Notes: a model not told the origin generated them from the sequence alone. DNA of 64,000 nucleotides from Candidatus Kerfeldbacteria bacterium (GCA_963731735.1 CAVSWO010000002.1:334106-398105); one strand, 5' to 3'; shown: positions 37,360 to 48,295, counted from the stretch's first letter. Numbers and translations are program-made.

Positions 37360-38463
37360 ATGAAATTTACTTGTACGCAGGAAAATTTATCCAAGGGACT
37401 CACCTTGGTGAGCCGTGCGGCTAGCCGCAACGTAACGTTGCCGATCCTCAACAACGTCTTGCTGGTGGCCGAACAAAACTCGATCCAGCTACAGACCACC
37501 AATCTAGAGTTGGCTGTGTCAGTAACCATTCGCGGAAAAATCGAATCCCCAGGGCGCTACACCGTGCAATCTCGTCTGCTGGCCGAGTTTATGAGTTTTT
37601 TGGAACACGAAAATATCACGCTCGAGCTCACGGACGCCGGTCTCGTGGTAACCTCGGGACACAGCCACACCACCATCAAAGGTCTGCCAGCCGATGAGTT
37701 CCCGGTTTTACCGAAGGTCAGCGACGGACAACAATTTAGCTTACCGGCCAACGAGCTGCAGCGAATGCTTGAGGGGGTGGTATTCGCAGCCGCCAATGAT
37801 GAATCACGGCCAGAAATTTCCGGCATTTATCTCCAGGCCCAAGAAAGCCGGATTACCGTGGCCGCGACCGACAGTTACCGGCTCGCTGAGCGCCACGGAA
37901 AGGCTCTGAGCGCCCCGACACAACCCGTTGCGGTTATCCTGCCATCTCGGACCGCCCAAGAGCTCCTCCGCAACCTTCCGGGAGACGCCACCGAGGTAAA
38001 AATTTCAGCCGGCGAGACCCAAATTTCGTTCCAGCTGGAAACAACGGAAATTGTATCTCGGCTAATAGAAGGCAGATACCCCGACTACCAAAACATTGTT
38101 CCCAAGCAGTTTTCGACAAAAATTACCGCTTCGCGCGACGCGCTGACCAGCAACATTCGGGCGGCCAGTTTATTTTGTAAGCCCGGGATTCATGATCTAA
38201 CGGTGCGGGTTGATGAGGGAAAAAAATCGTTGTTTCTGCAGGCCGCCAACACGCAAGTAGGCGAACACGAATCAAGCATGCCGGCCGAATATGAAGGGCA
38301 ACCACAAGAGGTGGTCTTCAATTACCGCTATTTACTCGACGGCCTCCAAAGCTTGCACGGGGAAGAAATCACTATCGAGCTGACCGACGCGCAATCCCCC
38401 GGCGTTCTTCGAGCCAGTGGCCAAGCGGACGACCTGTATTTATTGATGCCGATTCGACAATAA
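37360..38463 (+). CDS. dnaN: DNA polymerase III beta clamp
   Basis: LPILNNVL, T.LE, EFP.LP, ATDSYRLAE, RLIEG.YPDY, L.MPI. Confidence 0.98.
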   Translation: MKFTCTQENLSKGLTLVSRAASRNVTLPILNNVLLVAEQNSIQLQTTNLELAVSVTIRGKIESPGRYTVQSRLLAEFMSFLEHENITLELTDAGLVVTSGHSHTTIKGLPADEFPVLPKVSDGQQFSLPANELQRMLEGVVFAAANDESRPEISGIYLQAQESRITVAATDSYRLAERHGKALSAPTQPVAVILPSRTAQELLRNLPGDATEVKISAGETQISFQLETTEIVSRLIEGRYPDYQNIVPKQFSTKITASRDALTSNIRAASLFCKPGIHDLTVRVDEGKKSLFLQAANTQVGEHESSMPAEYEGQPQEVVFNYRYLLDGLQSLHGEEITIELTDAQSPGVLRASGQADDLYLLMPIRQ

Positions 38464-38465
38464 CG

Positions 38466-38765
38466 ATGCAGTCGCTTCGCGAAGCGCTCGGCAGCGCCTC
38501 TCACGGCGCCACCAACTGGGACGCAGCCATCGTGGCCGCCACCCAAGACGCCATCCAACAAACGCTTCCCGACCAGGCGCGATATGCGCGCGCCACCAGC
38601 GTCCGGCACGGCCAGGTAACCGTGACGGTTTTTCATGGAGCCTTAGCGGGGCTGTTGTCGATGGAACACGAAAAAATCTGCCAAACCGCAAACCAGCTTC
38701 TAGCACAGCGCTTCCCGGAACGGCGACTGACGGTTGAGCGGTTAATTAGCCGCGTTACTTCGTAA
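38466..38765 (+). CDS. DciA (DUF721) family protein
   Basis: Directly after dnaN; KH-like A..V..G.V.V.V...A.A..L pattern. Confidence 0.6.
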   Translation: MQSLREALGSASHGATNWDAAIVAATQDAIQQTLPDQARYARATSVRHGQVTVTVFHGALAGLLSMEHEKICQTANQLLAQRFPERRLTVERLISRVTS

Positions 38766-41658
38766 CGGTTACACCCAGATCGTCGCTCTGGGTGGTTTTT
38801 CCCGAACCGTTCTTCATGACCACATAGAGCTGGTAGGTGCCTGGATCAACGGCGGGCCAGGAGAACGTGACCGTGTTGGTTGTTGGTGATGACACACTGT
38901 CCACCACCACCGACTTCCCGTCAGCGTTTTTTTGGTAGAGCGTAACGGTGCTCACCTCGGCCGGGTCATAAGCGAAGGCGGTGACGGTCACCGGAAAAGC
39001 GGCCGGATCAATTGTGGACCCCGGAGCGGGAGAAATAATGTAGGTCGTGGCCGAGGCGCTGCCCGGTAAATAATTTATGGTGACGGAACTGGTAGTCGTT
39101 TCGTCGTTGGTGTTTGTGAGCGTGGCCAAAATAGTATGGAAGCCACTTTCGGTTTTTGACAGATCTATCGAAGCGGTATACGGAGCGCCCGTCAGAGTAG
39201 TCACCGTGTTGCCATCCAGCGCCACCGTCAGCGTTTTTGTTCCAGCCGAGGCCAGTACGTCCATGGTTATCGGCAACGTGGCAGCGGTAATTGTGGCAAA
39301 CTGTTTAGGTGAAGAAATTGATACAGACAGTTTATCCGAACCCACTCGCAGACTACACAGCTCATCAGCCGGAGCCTTGGACAAATACCCATTATCCTTC
39401 GCCCAGGCCTGAACTGGCGCCTCCCAACGATCAAACATCGGGTCTTTACTTGGATCACTTGGCGGATCACCTTGCGGATCATCCTTTTGGACATAGTAGA
39501 GAATCGAATGTACGGCGCTCAAGGTAACCGTTTTTTTGTAGGCAGCCGGCCATTTATCGACACAACTGTCGGGGATGCGCTTGCCGGTTACTGAATCTAC
39601 CGTCAAGGTGGTCTTATTCGCATACTGACTATTCAAAACGGGCTTGGTGGTGGTGCTGGGTTTCGGACCCGGAAAATTGACAGCCGGATCACCCTCCAAG
39701 GCGCGCTTCATAAAAGCGTTCCAAATCGGCGCGGCCACAATCGACCCGTCGGCACCCGATCGCATCGGACTGTTGTCATTATTGCCGACCCAAACACCGG
39801 CTGCCAACTGCGGTGTAAAGCCCATCGTCCACCCGTCAACAAAGTCGTTGGTGGTGCCGGTTTTGGCCGCCACTTTGCGGCCCGGCAATGTCAATAAGTT
39901 GTGAGCACCAAAGACAAACGCCCGGGCACCATTGTCCGACAAGACATCATCAAGCTCTCGTACCGGCTCTTCCGGCAACACGCGCTCAGACTTATCTTGA
40001 TACAGCTCAAGGATTTTTCCTTTAGCATCTTCAACACGCAGCAGGGCGGTGGTTGGATTTCGAACCCCGTCATTGGCCAGCGTCGCAAAGGCGCTAACGT
40101 GCTCAATTAAACGCACCGCTCCACCACCAATGGCCAAGGCTAGGCCGAGTTTTGAGCGATCTAAGGTGGTATACCCAAGCTTTTCAGCCGTATCAACCGT
40201 TGACGGTATTCCGGCCAAATAGAGCGTTTTAACCGCCGGAATGTTCAGCGACCCGTCCAGGGTTTGGCGCATCTGCAGCGGACCGTGTTCCTTAAAGTCA
40301 TAATTATCCGGTGAAAAATCTTTACCCGATCCGTCGGGACCGAAATCGGTTTTCAAATCAAACAAGACCGTGGCCGGGGTATACCCCTTCATGAAGGCCG
40401 TTAGGTAGACAATTGGTTTAAACGAGGAACCGGGATTACGTAAAGCCGTGGCGACGTTAAAGTTTCCATCATGGGCGGAGTCAAAATAGTCGCGCGACCC
40501 CACCATCGCTAACAGCTGCCCCGACTTCGGCTCAATCGCCACCAGTGAAGCATTGCTGGCCTTATAGCGCGCCTCGTTGCGTTCAGCCCCGGCCGCCACT
40601 TCTTCTTCAGCAATTTTTTGAAGGTCGGGGTCAAGCGTCGTCACCACCTTTAATCCGCCCCGCTCCAACTGCGAGGTGCCGTATTTCTTTTCAAGATAAT
40701 CGCGCACATAAAACACGAAATGCGGGGCGATTATTTTGTCCTTACTCGGAGAAATGCGAGACAAAATATCAACCGCGACGGCCGCCTTTTCCTGATCCTT
40801 CGTAATCTTTTTTTGTTGGCGCATTAAATCAAGCACCAACTTCCAGCGATCTAAAACTTCGTCGGTGTGGTTACCGCGAGGAGAATAATACGACGGAGCC
40901 GGCAAGATAGCAGCCAGTAAGGCGCTTTCCGGCAAATCTAAATCTTTGGCGTGTTTATTGAAATACGTTTGGGCGGCCGCCTCGACTCCGTAAGCATTCG
41001 AACCGTAAGGAATTTCATTGAAGTAGAGCTTCAGGATCTGATCCTTGGTAAAACGCCGCTCAATTTGATACGCCAAAACCCACTCCTTAACCTTTCGAAC
41101 AACCGACTTTTCATTGGTTAAAATTGCGTTTTTTACAAGCTGCTGGGTAATCGTCGAACCGCCCTGGGAACGCGAGCCCGTTAACAAATCAACAAAAATA
41201 GCCCGCAGCGTTCCGCGCAGAGAAATGCCGCCGTGGTTATAAAAATCTTTATCTTCAATCGCCAGCGTGGCATCTTTGGTATACTTGCCGACTTGATCGA
41301 GATCAACCAAAGTACGCCGCTGATCGCCGTGGATTTCAAACAGTAACGTGGCTCCGTCACGCGCATAAATCTTCGTACTCTGAGCGACTGAGCGATCACT
41401 CAGCTTGTTCGGATCCGGTAAATCTTGCGAGACCCAGGCGACAAACCCAACCAACAAGACTATCCCGACCAGGACAGCAGTAATTCCGATTTGAATTATT
41501 TTCTTCTTGGTATGGCGCGGAAGATTCGACCAGCGGCCGGGAAAAGACTTGAACGGCAAACGCGAACCGCCCCCTACCCGACTCCGGCGGGATTCCGAGG
41601 CTTTGCCTGACAGCGGTTTCGGCGGACGCAACACGGGCATAGAAACGCTGTTGAGCAT
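38755..41658 (-). CDS. PBP1A-family bifunctional transglycosylase/transpeptidase with C-terminal Ig-like domains
   Basis: EDK.FY.HGG, GGSTITQQLVKN, RK..E, PGSSFKP, SLNIP, KTGT. Confidence 0.95.
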   Translation of the reverse strand: MLNSVSMPVLRPPKPLSGKASESRRSRVGGGSRLPFKSFPGRWSNLPRHTKKKIIQIGITAVLVGIVLLVGFVAWVSQDLPDPNKLSDRSVAQSTKIYARDGATLLFEIHGDQRRTLVDLDQVGKYTKDATLAIEDKDFYNHGGISLRGTLRAIFVDLLTGSRSQGGSTITQQLVKNAILTNEKSVVRKVKEWVLAYQIERRFTKDQILKLYFNEIPYGSNAYGVEAAAQTYFNKHAKDLDLPESALLAAILPAPSYYSPRGNHTDEVLDRWKLVLDLMRQQKKITKDQEKAAVAVDILSRISPSKDKIIAPHFVFYVRDYLEKKYGTSQLERGGLKVVTTLDPDLQKIAEEEVAAGAERNEARYKASNASLVAIEPKSGQLLAMVGSRDYFDSAHDGNFNVATALRNPGSSFKPIVYLTAFMKGYTPATVLFDLKTDFGPDGSGKDFSPDNYDFKEHGPLQMRQTLDGSLNIPAVKTLYLAGIPSTVDTAEKLGYTTLDRSKLGLALAIGGGAVRLIEHVSAFATLANDGVRNPTTALLRVEDAKGKILELYQDKSERVLPEEPVRELDDVLSDNGARAFVFGAHNLLTLPGRKVAAKTGTTNDFVDGWTMGFTPQLAAGVWVGNNDNSPMRSGADGSIVAAPIWNAFMKRALEGDPAVNFPGPKPSTTTKPVLNSQYANKTTLTVDSVTGKRIPDSCVDKWPAAYKKTVTLSAVHSILYYVQKDDPQGDPPSDPSKDPMFDRWEAPVQAWAKDNGYLSKAPADELCSLRVGSDKLSVSISSPKQFATITAATLPITMDVLASAGTKTLTVALDGNTVTTLTGAPYTASIDLSKTESGFHTILATLTNTNDETTTSSVTINYLPGSASATTYIISPAPGSTIDPAAFPVTVTAFAYDPAEVSTVTLYQKNADGKSVVVDSVSSPTTNTVTFSWPAVDPGTYQLYVVMKNGSGKTTQSDDLGVTVTK

Positions 41659-41687
41659 ACTATATATTTGCTATACTTTCAAGCACT

Positions 41688-42890
41688 ATGGCCAGCACCA
41701 CCCCGACCAGTCACGAACAACTCTTTACCCGCGGAGTCGCCGAAATTATTGATGAAAAACACCTTAAGCTCCGGATCGGCCGCAATCGGAAACTTCGTAT
41801 TAAATATGGGATCGATCCAACCAGTCCTCACATTCACCTGGGGCACGCTGTGCCGCTTCGCAAACTTCGCGAGTGGCAAGATGCTGGGCATCAGGCAGTG
41901 GTAGTCATTGGCGACTACACGGCCCAGGTCGGAGACCCGACCGGACGCGATAAGCAACGCGTGGCGCTGTCCCGAGACGCCATCAAACGGAACGTTGCAT
42001 CGTACAAAGAGCAGGTGGTAAAAATACTTGATCCTAAAAAAACCGAATTTCTTTACAACAGCAGCTGGCACAACAAACTTTCACCCAAAGAATTTTTTGG
42101 CCTGCTTCGCGATACCAGCCTGCAGCAACTGCTGGCGCACGAAACTTTTAAGCAGCGCCTCGCCCACGAACAGCCGCTGAGCATGCTTGAGCTCATCTAC
42201 CCGATTTTGCAAGCCTACGATTCGGTCGAAATTCAAGCCGACGTCGAGCTGGGCGGCATTGATCAAAAATTTAATTTACTTTTTGGACGGGAACTCCAAT
42301 CGCGATTTGACCAAGAGCCGCAAGATATTATGCTAATGCCATACCTGGTTGGCACCGACGGCAAGCAAAAAATGAGTAAGTCGCTCGGTAACACCATTAA
42401 TCTCGAAGACCCGCCTACCGAAATGTTTGGCAAGGTGATGTCGATTCCAGATGCGGCCCTCCCCGCTTACGCGGAGCTGGCGGCCAATTACTCGACCCAG
42501 GCCACCAAAGAACTAAAAACGCGGCTCCGAAAAAAGAGCGTTAACCCCCGCGATGAAAAACACGCCGTGGCGCTAGCCATCGTGTCGCTCTACTATGGAC
42601 CAGCTGCGGCCGAACAGGCCGGACAAGAATTTATTAGAGTCTTTCGTCACAAACAGGCGCCAAGCCGGACCCAAAAAATCATCGTCACGGCCGGACAACA
42701 CCAACTCATTAACTTATTGGTAAGCCACCAACTGGCCGCCAGCCGGACCACCGCCCGACGATTGATTGAACAAGGCGCGATTAAAGTTGACAAAAAAACA
42801 GTCACCGATTGGGAAACCTCAATTATCGCTCGACCAGGTACCTTAATCCAAGTCGGTAAAAAAACCTTCGTTACGCTTGAGCTTGAGTAA
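41688..42890 (+). CDS. tyrS: Tyrosine--tRNA ligase
   Basis: GIDPT...IHLGH, GDPTG, YPILQAYD, GGIDQ.FN, KMSKS, C-terminal S4 domain. Confidence 0.98.
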   Translation: MASTTPTSHEQLFTRGVAEIIDEKHLKLRIGRNRKLRIKYGIDPTSPHIHLGHAVPLRKLREWQDAGHQAVVVIGDYTAQVGDPTGRDKQRVALSRDAIKRNVASYKEQVVKILDPKKTEFLYNSSWHNKLSPKEFFGLLRDTSLQQLLAHETFKQRLAHEQPLSMLELIYPILQAYDSVEIQADVELGGIDQKFNLLFGRELQSRFDQEPQDIMLMPYLVGTDGKQKMSKSLGNTINLEDPPTEMFGKVMSIPDAALPAYAELAANYSTQATKELKTRLRKKSVNPRDEKHAVALAIVSLYYGPAAAEQAGQEFIRVFRHKQAPSRTQKIIVTAGQHQLINLLVSHQLAASRTTARRLIEQGAIKVDKKTVTDWETSIIARPGTLIQVGKKTFVTLELE

Positions 42891-43848
42891 ACGAGTCGCG
42901 ATAAAATTCAGCCGCTTCTTCCGGACTAATGGAGTTGATGACTAGTCGCGATCCCAATTCCAACCCAGCCCAAACATCGCGGCGTGGCGCAATTCGCAGA
43001 TAGAGGTGTTCGGTTTGGTCACCAACCACTTGGTGCATATAGTAATTGTATGGTAGTCCGGCCTGATATAAGCGCGTTAACAGCAATTTAATATATTTTG
43101 CCATCTCACGAATTTCAGACTCATTTAGCTGGCTAACATTATCAACCCGGCGCCAAGGCATAATCCAGGCCTCATAGTTATAGAGCGACGCGTAGGGTGT
43201 CAGCGCGCAAACATATTTCCCAGACGAAATCCAACGCGGCCCGTTCCGTTCACGAATCAGCAAGTCGCTATAGTAGTCGGTGTTATGAATAATTCGGTAT
43301 TCATTCGCCCGCTTGCGGCGGGTGATCACGTGCGGCGGCACGTAGGTTGAGGCAAAAATTTGGGAGTGGGCATGGTTTAACGAGGCGCCGGCCCGACCAC
43401 CATTATTTTTAAATATCAACACATAGCGGATTTTCTTGTCTTTTTGTAGGGCCCGAACGCGGCGAGAATAGGCGCGTAAAATGTCTTCGAGATGCGCCTC
43501 CGGCAAAGTCGAAACATCCACCCCGTAATCAGGCGTATCAACCACCACCTCCTGATACCCATAGGCCTTAGGGTTATCGGTTGTGACAACTGGATAAATA
43601 TTTTTAATCACTTTGACGCGCCAATTTCGAGCCCCACCCATGGTAAGTAAGCTGTGCACCTTCCCAAGCCGTTTTGGACTAAACGCGTCCTGCTCCGGAT
43701 CGATTGATGGTGAACTGTCCGGCGATCGAAACTTTGTTTCATCCGGACGATTGTTGCGATTCGGGGCGATAATGACCTGTCGATCGTGGACGTAATCCAC
43801 GCGAATTTCCGATTGTCGAACTTCTTTTTTTGAATTATTTTTTGCCAT
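42871..43848 (-). CDS. GalT-like hexose-1-phosphate nucleotidyltransferase (HIT superfamily)
   Basis: SEIR.D, G.QEVVV, FKN.G..AGASL.HAHSQ, AGLELG...IN...PE.AA. Confidence 0.85.
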   Translation of the reverse strand: MAKNNSKKEVRQSEIRVDYVHDRQVIIAPNRNNRPDETKFRSPDSSPSIDPEQDAFSPKRLGKVHSLLTMGGARNWRVKVIKNIYPVVTTDNPKAYGYQEVVVDTPDYGVDVSTLPEAHLEDILRAYSRRVRALQKDKKIRYVLIFKNNGGRAGASLNHAHSQIFASTYVPPHVITRRKRANEYRIIHNTDYYSDLLIRERNGPRWISSGKYVCALTPYASLYNYEAWIMPWRRVDNVSQLNESEIREMAKYIKLLLTRLYQAGLPYNYYMHQVVGDQTEHLYLRIAPRRDVWAGLELGSRLVINSISPEEAAEFYRDSFTQAQA

Positions 43849-45277
43849 AGAAACGAAGATAAGCGCGCGCTGATCGATCCCAGGAAAAATCTTGGGCCAT
43901 TGCGCGCTGGACGGCCTCCGACCAAATAGCTGACTGCGCAAAGAGACGGAGTGCCCGCTTGATCACCTGCGCGATCGCGGTTGATGTAAACGGTTGGAAG
44001 ACGAATCCGGTACCATGCTCGGGCCAGTCCGCCAGATCAACCACGGTGTCATGTAAGCCGCCGGTGTCCCGGACAATTGGTAGTGTACCATATCGCATGG
44101 CAATCATCTGCCCCAAACCACACGGTTCAAATTGGGAAGGCATAAGAAACGCGTCACCGCCGGCGTACATGCGATTCGCAAGAGCCGCATTAAATTTTTC
44201 GACAAAAGCCATGCGGGTGGAAAACTGCCGCTGCAAACGCTGTAATGCGCGGGCGATGTCCGGGTTACCAGACCCCAAAATTGCTAGCTGCAGGGGCTGG
44301 GAGAATATTTTTTTTCCGGCCGCCGCTAATAACTGATAACCCTTTTGAGGCGTTAATCTGCCGACCGAAACAACCAGCGGAATTTTTGGATTAACCGGCA
44401 GTCCAAGCTCAGTCTGGAGCTTAGCTTTTAATTGGGGCTTGGCTACCGCGACAGTGGCCGCGGTGTAGTGCCTCGATAAGTCCGGATCACTGGCCGGATT
44501 AAAACGTTCAATATCAATGCCATTCAAGACGCCTTGAACGCCCTGCGGGCGGCGGGCCAAATCACGCTCTAAGCCAAAACCGAATTCCGAAGTTAAGATT
44601 TCTTTCGCATAGGTTGGGCTGACCGTGTTAACACTGTCGGCTAAGACTATGCCCTGCTGAAACAAATTTACATCTCGATCATAATCGCGCAATTGAAAAG
44701 TTTTCAGCCACTGAGCGCTTGGACCAAACCATGACCACAGCTGCTTGGCCTGCCATTTTCCCTGGGTGTTTAAGTTATGAATCGTTAAAACCGTTCGGGG
44801 CAGTAACCGTTGACGGGACATTCCCAGCCAGAGAATCGTACTCGCCGAATGCCAATCATGCGCGTGCACGACGTCAGCGCGCCAAGCCGAGCGAACCGCG
44901 ACACCGGCCGCGACCGAGGAAAAGGTGATAAACCGCCGCAACTCTTTGGCTAGCTCAGCCTGAGTTCGCTGGGTCGCATAGACTTCAGAAAACAATTCTG
45001 GTTGATCGGGAACATCAACCAACCACAACGGCACCGTTGAGTCCGGCAATTGGGCTTGACCAACCCGCGCCGCGACCCGTTTTCCAGCCCACTGACCGCT
45101 GACGGCAAACCAATTTTTCGGTCGCAGTTGCTTACGGAGCGAAGTGTAATAGGGAATTATCACTCGGGCATCGTGTCCAAGCTCGCGGAGTGCTTTCGGC
45201 AAGGCACCCACGACATCACCCAAGCCACCCACCTTGATCACCGGCGTGACTTCTGCGGCCACAAACAGAATGTTCAT
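43835..45277 (-). CDS. glgA: Glycogen/starch synthase (GT5)
   Basis: KVGGLGDV, HAHDWH, TIHN...QG, RL..QKG, MPSQFEPCGL. Confidence 0.93.
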   Translation of the reverse strand: MNILFVAAEVTPVIKVGGLGDVVGALPKALRELGHDARVIIPYYTSLRKQLRPKNWFAVSGQWAGKRVAARVGQAQLPDSTVPLWLVDVPDQPELFSEVYATQRTQAELAKELRRFITFSSVAAGVAVRSAWRADVVHAHDWHSASTILWLGMSRQRLLPRTVLTIHNLNTQGKWQAKQLWSWFGPSAQWLKTFQLRDYDRDVNLFQQGIVLADSVNTVSPTYAKEILTSEFGFGLERDLARRPQGVQGVLNGIDIERFNPASDPDLSRHYTAATVAVAKPQLKAKLQTELGLPVNPKIPLVVSVGRLTPQKGYQLLAAAGKKIFSQPLQLAILGSGNPDIARALQRLQRQFSTRMAFVEKFNAALANRMYAGGDAFLMPSQFEPCGLGQMIAMRYGTLPIVRDTGGLHDTVVDLADWPEHGTGFVFQPFTSTAIAQVIKRALRLFAQSAIWSEAVQRAMAQDFSWDRSARAYLRFYGKK

Positions 45278-45348
45278 ATCTTCGTCTTGATTTTGACTCA
45301 ATCAAAAAACAACGTCCATCCTAAGCATAGCATGTCTACGCGCGAGCG

Positions 45349-46827
45349 TCAGGCACGACGGGTCACGGCTGAACGGCGCAATTGCACGGCACGCCGATAC
45401 AGTTCGACATACTTTCGAGACGGAAGTTCCCAAGAAAAAGACTGACGCATGGCTTGCCAGGTCAAATGCTCCCAGACCTTTGGGTATTTATAGGTTTCAA
45501 TCGCTCGCGTTAGGGCCATCAAGAAGTCCTCAGGCTCATACGTATCGAAGACAAAACCGGTTCCGACACCGGTGCGCGGATTGAAGTCGGAGATGGTGTC
45601 GGCCAGCCCGCCGGTGCGGTGAACAATCGGAACCGAACCGTAGCGCAGGCTGAGCAGCTGAGAAATGCCACAGGGCTCAAAACGCGAAGGCATTAAAAAC
45701 ATATCCGACCCGGCGTATACCCGCGAACCCCACGACTCGGAAAATTCCAAATGCGCGGCTACCTGATCAGGATACTTGCGCGCCATCATCCGGAAATATT
45801 TCATGTAGGTTTTTCCGCCCGCCCCAATCGAAACAAACTGCACCGGTTGCCGCAAGATAATCGGCAATATCTTCATGACTAAATCGTAGCCTTTTTGTTC
45901 GGTTAACCGATGGACCATGCCGATGAGCGGGACATCGCGGCGGACCGGCAAACCGATCGCCTGTTGCAACTGGTCTTTGTTCAGCCATTTCTTATCAAGC
46001 GAATTCCAGTCGTAATGAATAGTCAGGTACTTATCGACGTTTGGATTAAAGACGGAGTAGTCAACGCCGTTAATAATTCCGAAGACGCGATTTTTTCGGC
46101 GGCGTAAGTACGGGTCGAGCCCCTCGCCAAATTTCGGCGTTAAAATTTCCTTGGCGTAGCGCTCACTGACCGTACTGATTAAGTCCGCGTGCTTGATGCC
46201 ACGCAGCGCTAAATTCATGTATTTCACTTTTTCGCCCTTGACCGGCGGCAAGCCGAACCCCTTGTCACGTTTTCGGGGCGGCACCTTCTTCCGTGAACCA
46301 GCCATTTGGTAATAGAGGTTATGAATGGTGTACAAGGTGGCTGTTTCCTTCCAAAAGGGGTCTTTGGAAAAATGCATAGCCAACCAGTTGGGGATTAAGC
46401 CGGTATGCCAGTCATTGCAGTGCAGCACGTCAGGCGCCTGACCCAGCTTGGGGAACAGGAAGAAAATAGACCAACAGAAAAAAGCCCAACGATAGTTATC
46501 ATCGGCATATCCGTAGACTTTGTCGCGATCGCTAAATAATTCGGCTTGATAGATAAAATAAATCGGGACCGGTTCCGGGGTCGGCATCTCGGCCTTTAAA
46601 AATCGCGTTGTATAGGAGTGTCCGGCAAATTCGATGGTGGTTTCAGCCACCAATGTTTTTTTAATATTCTGGACATCCATAAATTTGTAATATGGCATGA
46701 CCACACACACCTCATTGCCGAGTAATTTCAATTGCTTCGGTAACGCATAGGCGACATCAGCCAAGCCCCCAATTTTCGAATAGGGGGAGACTTCAGCCGC
46801 AATAACTGCGATCCGTGGAGAGGCCAT
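45349..46827 (-). CDS. glgA: Glycogen/starch synthase (GT5), second paralog
   Basis: KIGGLADV, HCNDWHT, TIHNL, RLTEQKG, MPSRFEPCG. Confidence 0.93.
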   Translation of the reverse strand: MASPRIAVIAAEVSPYSKIGGLADVAYALPKQLKLLGNEVCVVMPYYKFMDVQNIKKTLVAETTIEFAGHSYTTRFLKAEMPTPEPVPIYFIYQAELFSDRDKVYGYADDNYRWAFFCWSIFFLFPKLGQAPDVLHCNDWHTGLIPNWLAMHFSKDPFWKETATLYTIHNLYYQMAGSRKKVPPRKRDKGFGLPPVKGEKVKYMNLALRGIKHADLISTVSERYAKEILTPKFGEGLDPYLRRRKNRVFGIINGVDYSVFNPNVDKYLTIHYDWNSLDKKWLNKDQLQQAIGLPVRRDVPLIGMVHRLTEQKGYDLVMKILPIILRQPVQFVSIGAGGKTYMKYFRMMARKYPDQVAAHLEFSESWGSRVYAGSDMFLMPSRFEPCGISQLLSLRYGSVPIVHRTGGLADTISDFNPRTGVGTGFVFDTYEPEDFLMALTRAIETYKYPKVWEHLTWQAMRQSFSWELPSRKYVELYRRAVQLRRSAVTRRA

Positions 46828-46831
46828 ACGC

Positions 46832-47335
46832 CTATGGTAACACGAGGGCCTGCATTCCGCACAGTGCGACCGCTAAGGCGTCAATCGTGTCATCGTAGCG
46901 TGGTCGCTGATCAAGTTTCAGCAAGGTCATCACCATGGTTGTCATCTGGGCTTTGTCAGCTCGTCCGTATCCAGCCACCGAAGATTTTATGGTGGTCGGA
47001 CTGTACTCAATAATTGGCAAACCAGCTTGTGCAATGGCCAAGAAGGCTACTCCACGCGCCTGCCCAACCTGCATAGCCGTGGTTACGTTATTGGTGAAAA
47101 ACAATTCTTCAGCCGCCACTCGGTCGGGTGTAAACTCCTGGAGAATAGCAGCCAGGTCAATGTATATCTTTTTTAATCGGTCCGGGGTCGGACTGTTAGC
47201 CGGGGTTGTCATACAGCCGGCTGCCACCAGGCGCGGTTGACCGGCGCCGGTCAGGATCGCCCAACCAAACCGTCCCAGGCCGGGATCAAGACCGAGTACA
47301 ATCGGCGATTTAGGCGGTGAAGACTTGGTCGACAT
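46832..47335 (-). CDS. ruvC: Crossover junction endodeoxyribonuclease RuvC
   Basis: LGLDPG, E.LFF..N, QARG, EY.P..IK..V.GYG.ADK, DD..DALA.A. Confidence 0.95.
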   Translation of the reverse strand: MSTKSSPPKSPIVLGLDPGLGRFGWAILTGAGQPRLVAAGCMTTPANSPTPDRLKKIYIDLAAILQEFTPDRVAAEELFFTNNVTTAMQVGQARGVAFLAIAQAGLPIIEYSPTTIKSSVAGYGRADKAQMTTMVMTLLKLDQRPRYDDTIDALAVALCGMQALVLP

Positions 47336-48014
47336 CATCGTGTTCATCGAGCGCCTCAAGCAGGCGCTGTCCTTCGGCGGAGAGATCAGGGCCAGAGGTT
47401 TTCGGAAGCCACACTACCTCGGCTCGACTCACCAGAAGTCCCGCCTGCCGCGCCCAGGCGCTCAGGGCCGAAAGTTTTTCCGGAGCACTCATCAACAACC
47501 AGGCGTTTTCTTCCGAACGAAAATCGTTGGCGCCGGCATCAATCGCGGCCAGAGTAAAATCATCGATCTGGGCAGCGCCGGGAGACGGCTCAACCGTGAC
47601 CACGCCTACCCGATCAAACATCCAGCTGACGCTATTTGTGCCACCCAGTGATCCGCCGTGCTTGGTAAAGATAGATCGCAAATCGCCGGCCGTGCGGTTT
47701 GGGTTATCGGTCGTGGCCTGGACAATAATTGGCAATTGTCCGGGGCCAAATCCCTCATACAACATCTCCTTAAGCGCCTGGTCTCGATTTTGCCCTGAAC
47801 CGGCCGCCACCGCGCGTTCAACATTGTCATTCGGCATATTGACCGCGCGCGCCCGATCAATCGCCAGACGTAATTTGAAATTTGTATCAGGATCGGCGCC
47901 GTCGCGGGCGGCTACGGCAATCTGTCGCGCAAGTTTTCCAAAAACAGCGGAACGCTTGGCGTCCGCTACCCCCTTCTGACGCTTAATTGTTGACCATTTT
48001 GAGTGCCCAGACAT
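47310..48014 (-). CDS. yebC: YebC/PmpR family protein
   Basis: MSGHSKWSTIK, NMP.DN..RA, YEG.GP, TDN.NRT, V.WMF. Confidence 0.96.
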   Translation of the reverse strand: MSGHSKWSTIKRQKGVADAKRSAVFGKLARQIAVAARDGADPDTNFKLRLAIDRARAVNMPNDNVERAVAAGSGQNRDQALKEMLYEGFGPGQLPIIVQATTDNPNRTAGDLRSIFTKHGGSLGGTNSVSWMFDRVGVVTVEPSPGAAQIDDFTLAAIDAGANDFRSEENAWLLMSAPEKLSALSAWARQAGLLVSRAEVVWLPKTSGPDLSAEGQRLLEALDEHDDVDQVFTA

Positions 48015-48295
48015 ACAAATCCGTCCTTCCCGAGCCGATTGGCTTGGCCTCAAGTATACGGAAAGCGACCGCACCGGTCAATCCGGATGAGTTGTGCACA
48101 CGTCCGACTCTTGCGCTCAAAAAAATCGTCTGCTAGAGTCCAAGCACGCGGTTGAACAAAATTCGTTCAAAGCGCGAAAGACAAAAACAACGATGAAAGC
48201 ACCTTCTGGCATCCATGCTTGGTCAGAAGCGCTTTCATCGTTCACCACAGACCGTCCAGCTGCCAGAATGAGTGAAATTTAGTATACTGAAGACC

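Noticed and set aside
47317-47979. 220-aa plus-strand ORF and similar long antisense ORFs
   Set aside because: Antisense shadows of well-supported genes such as yebC.
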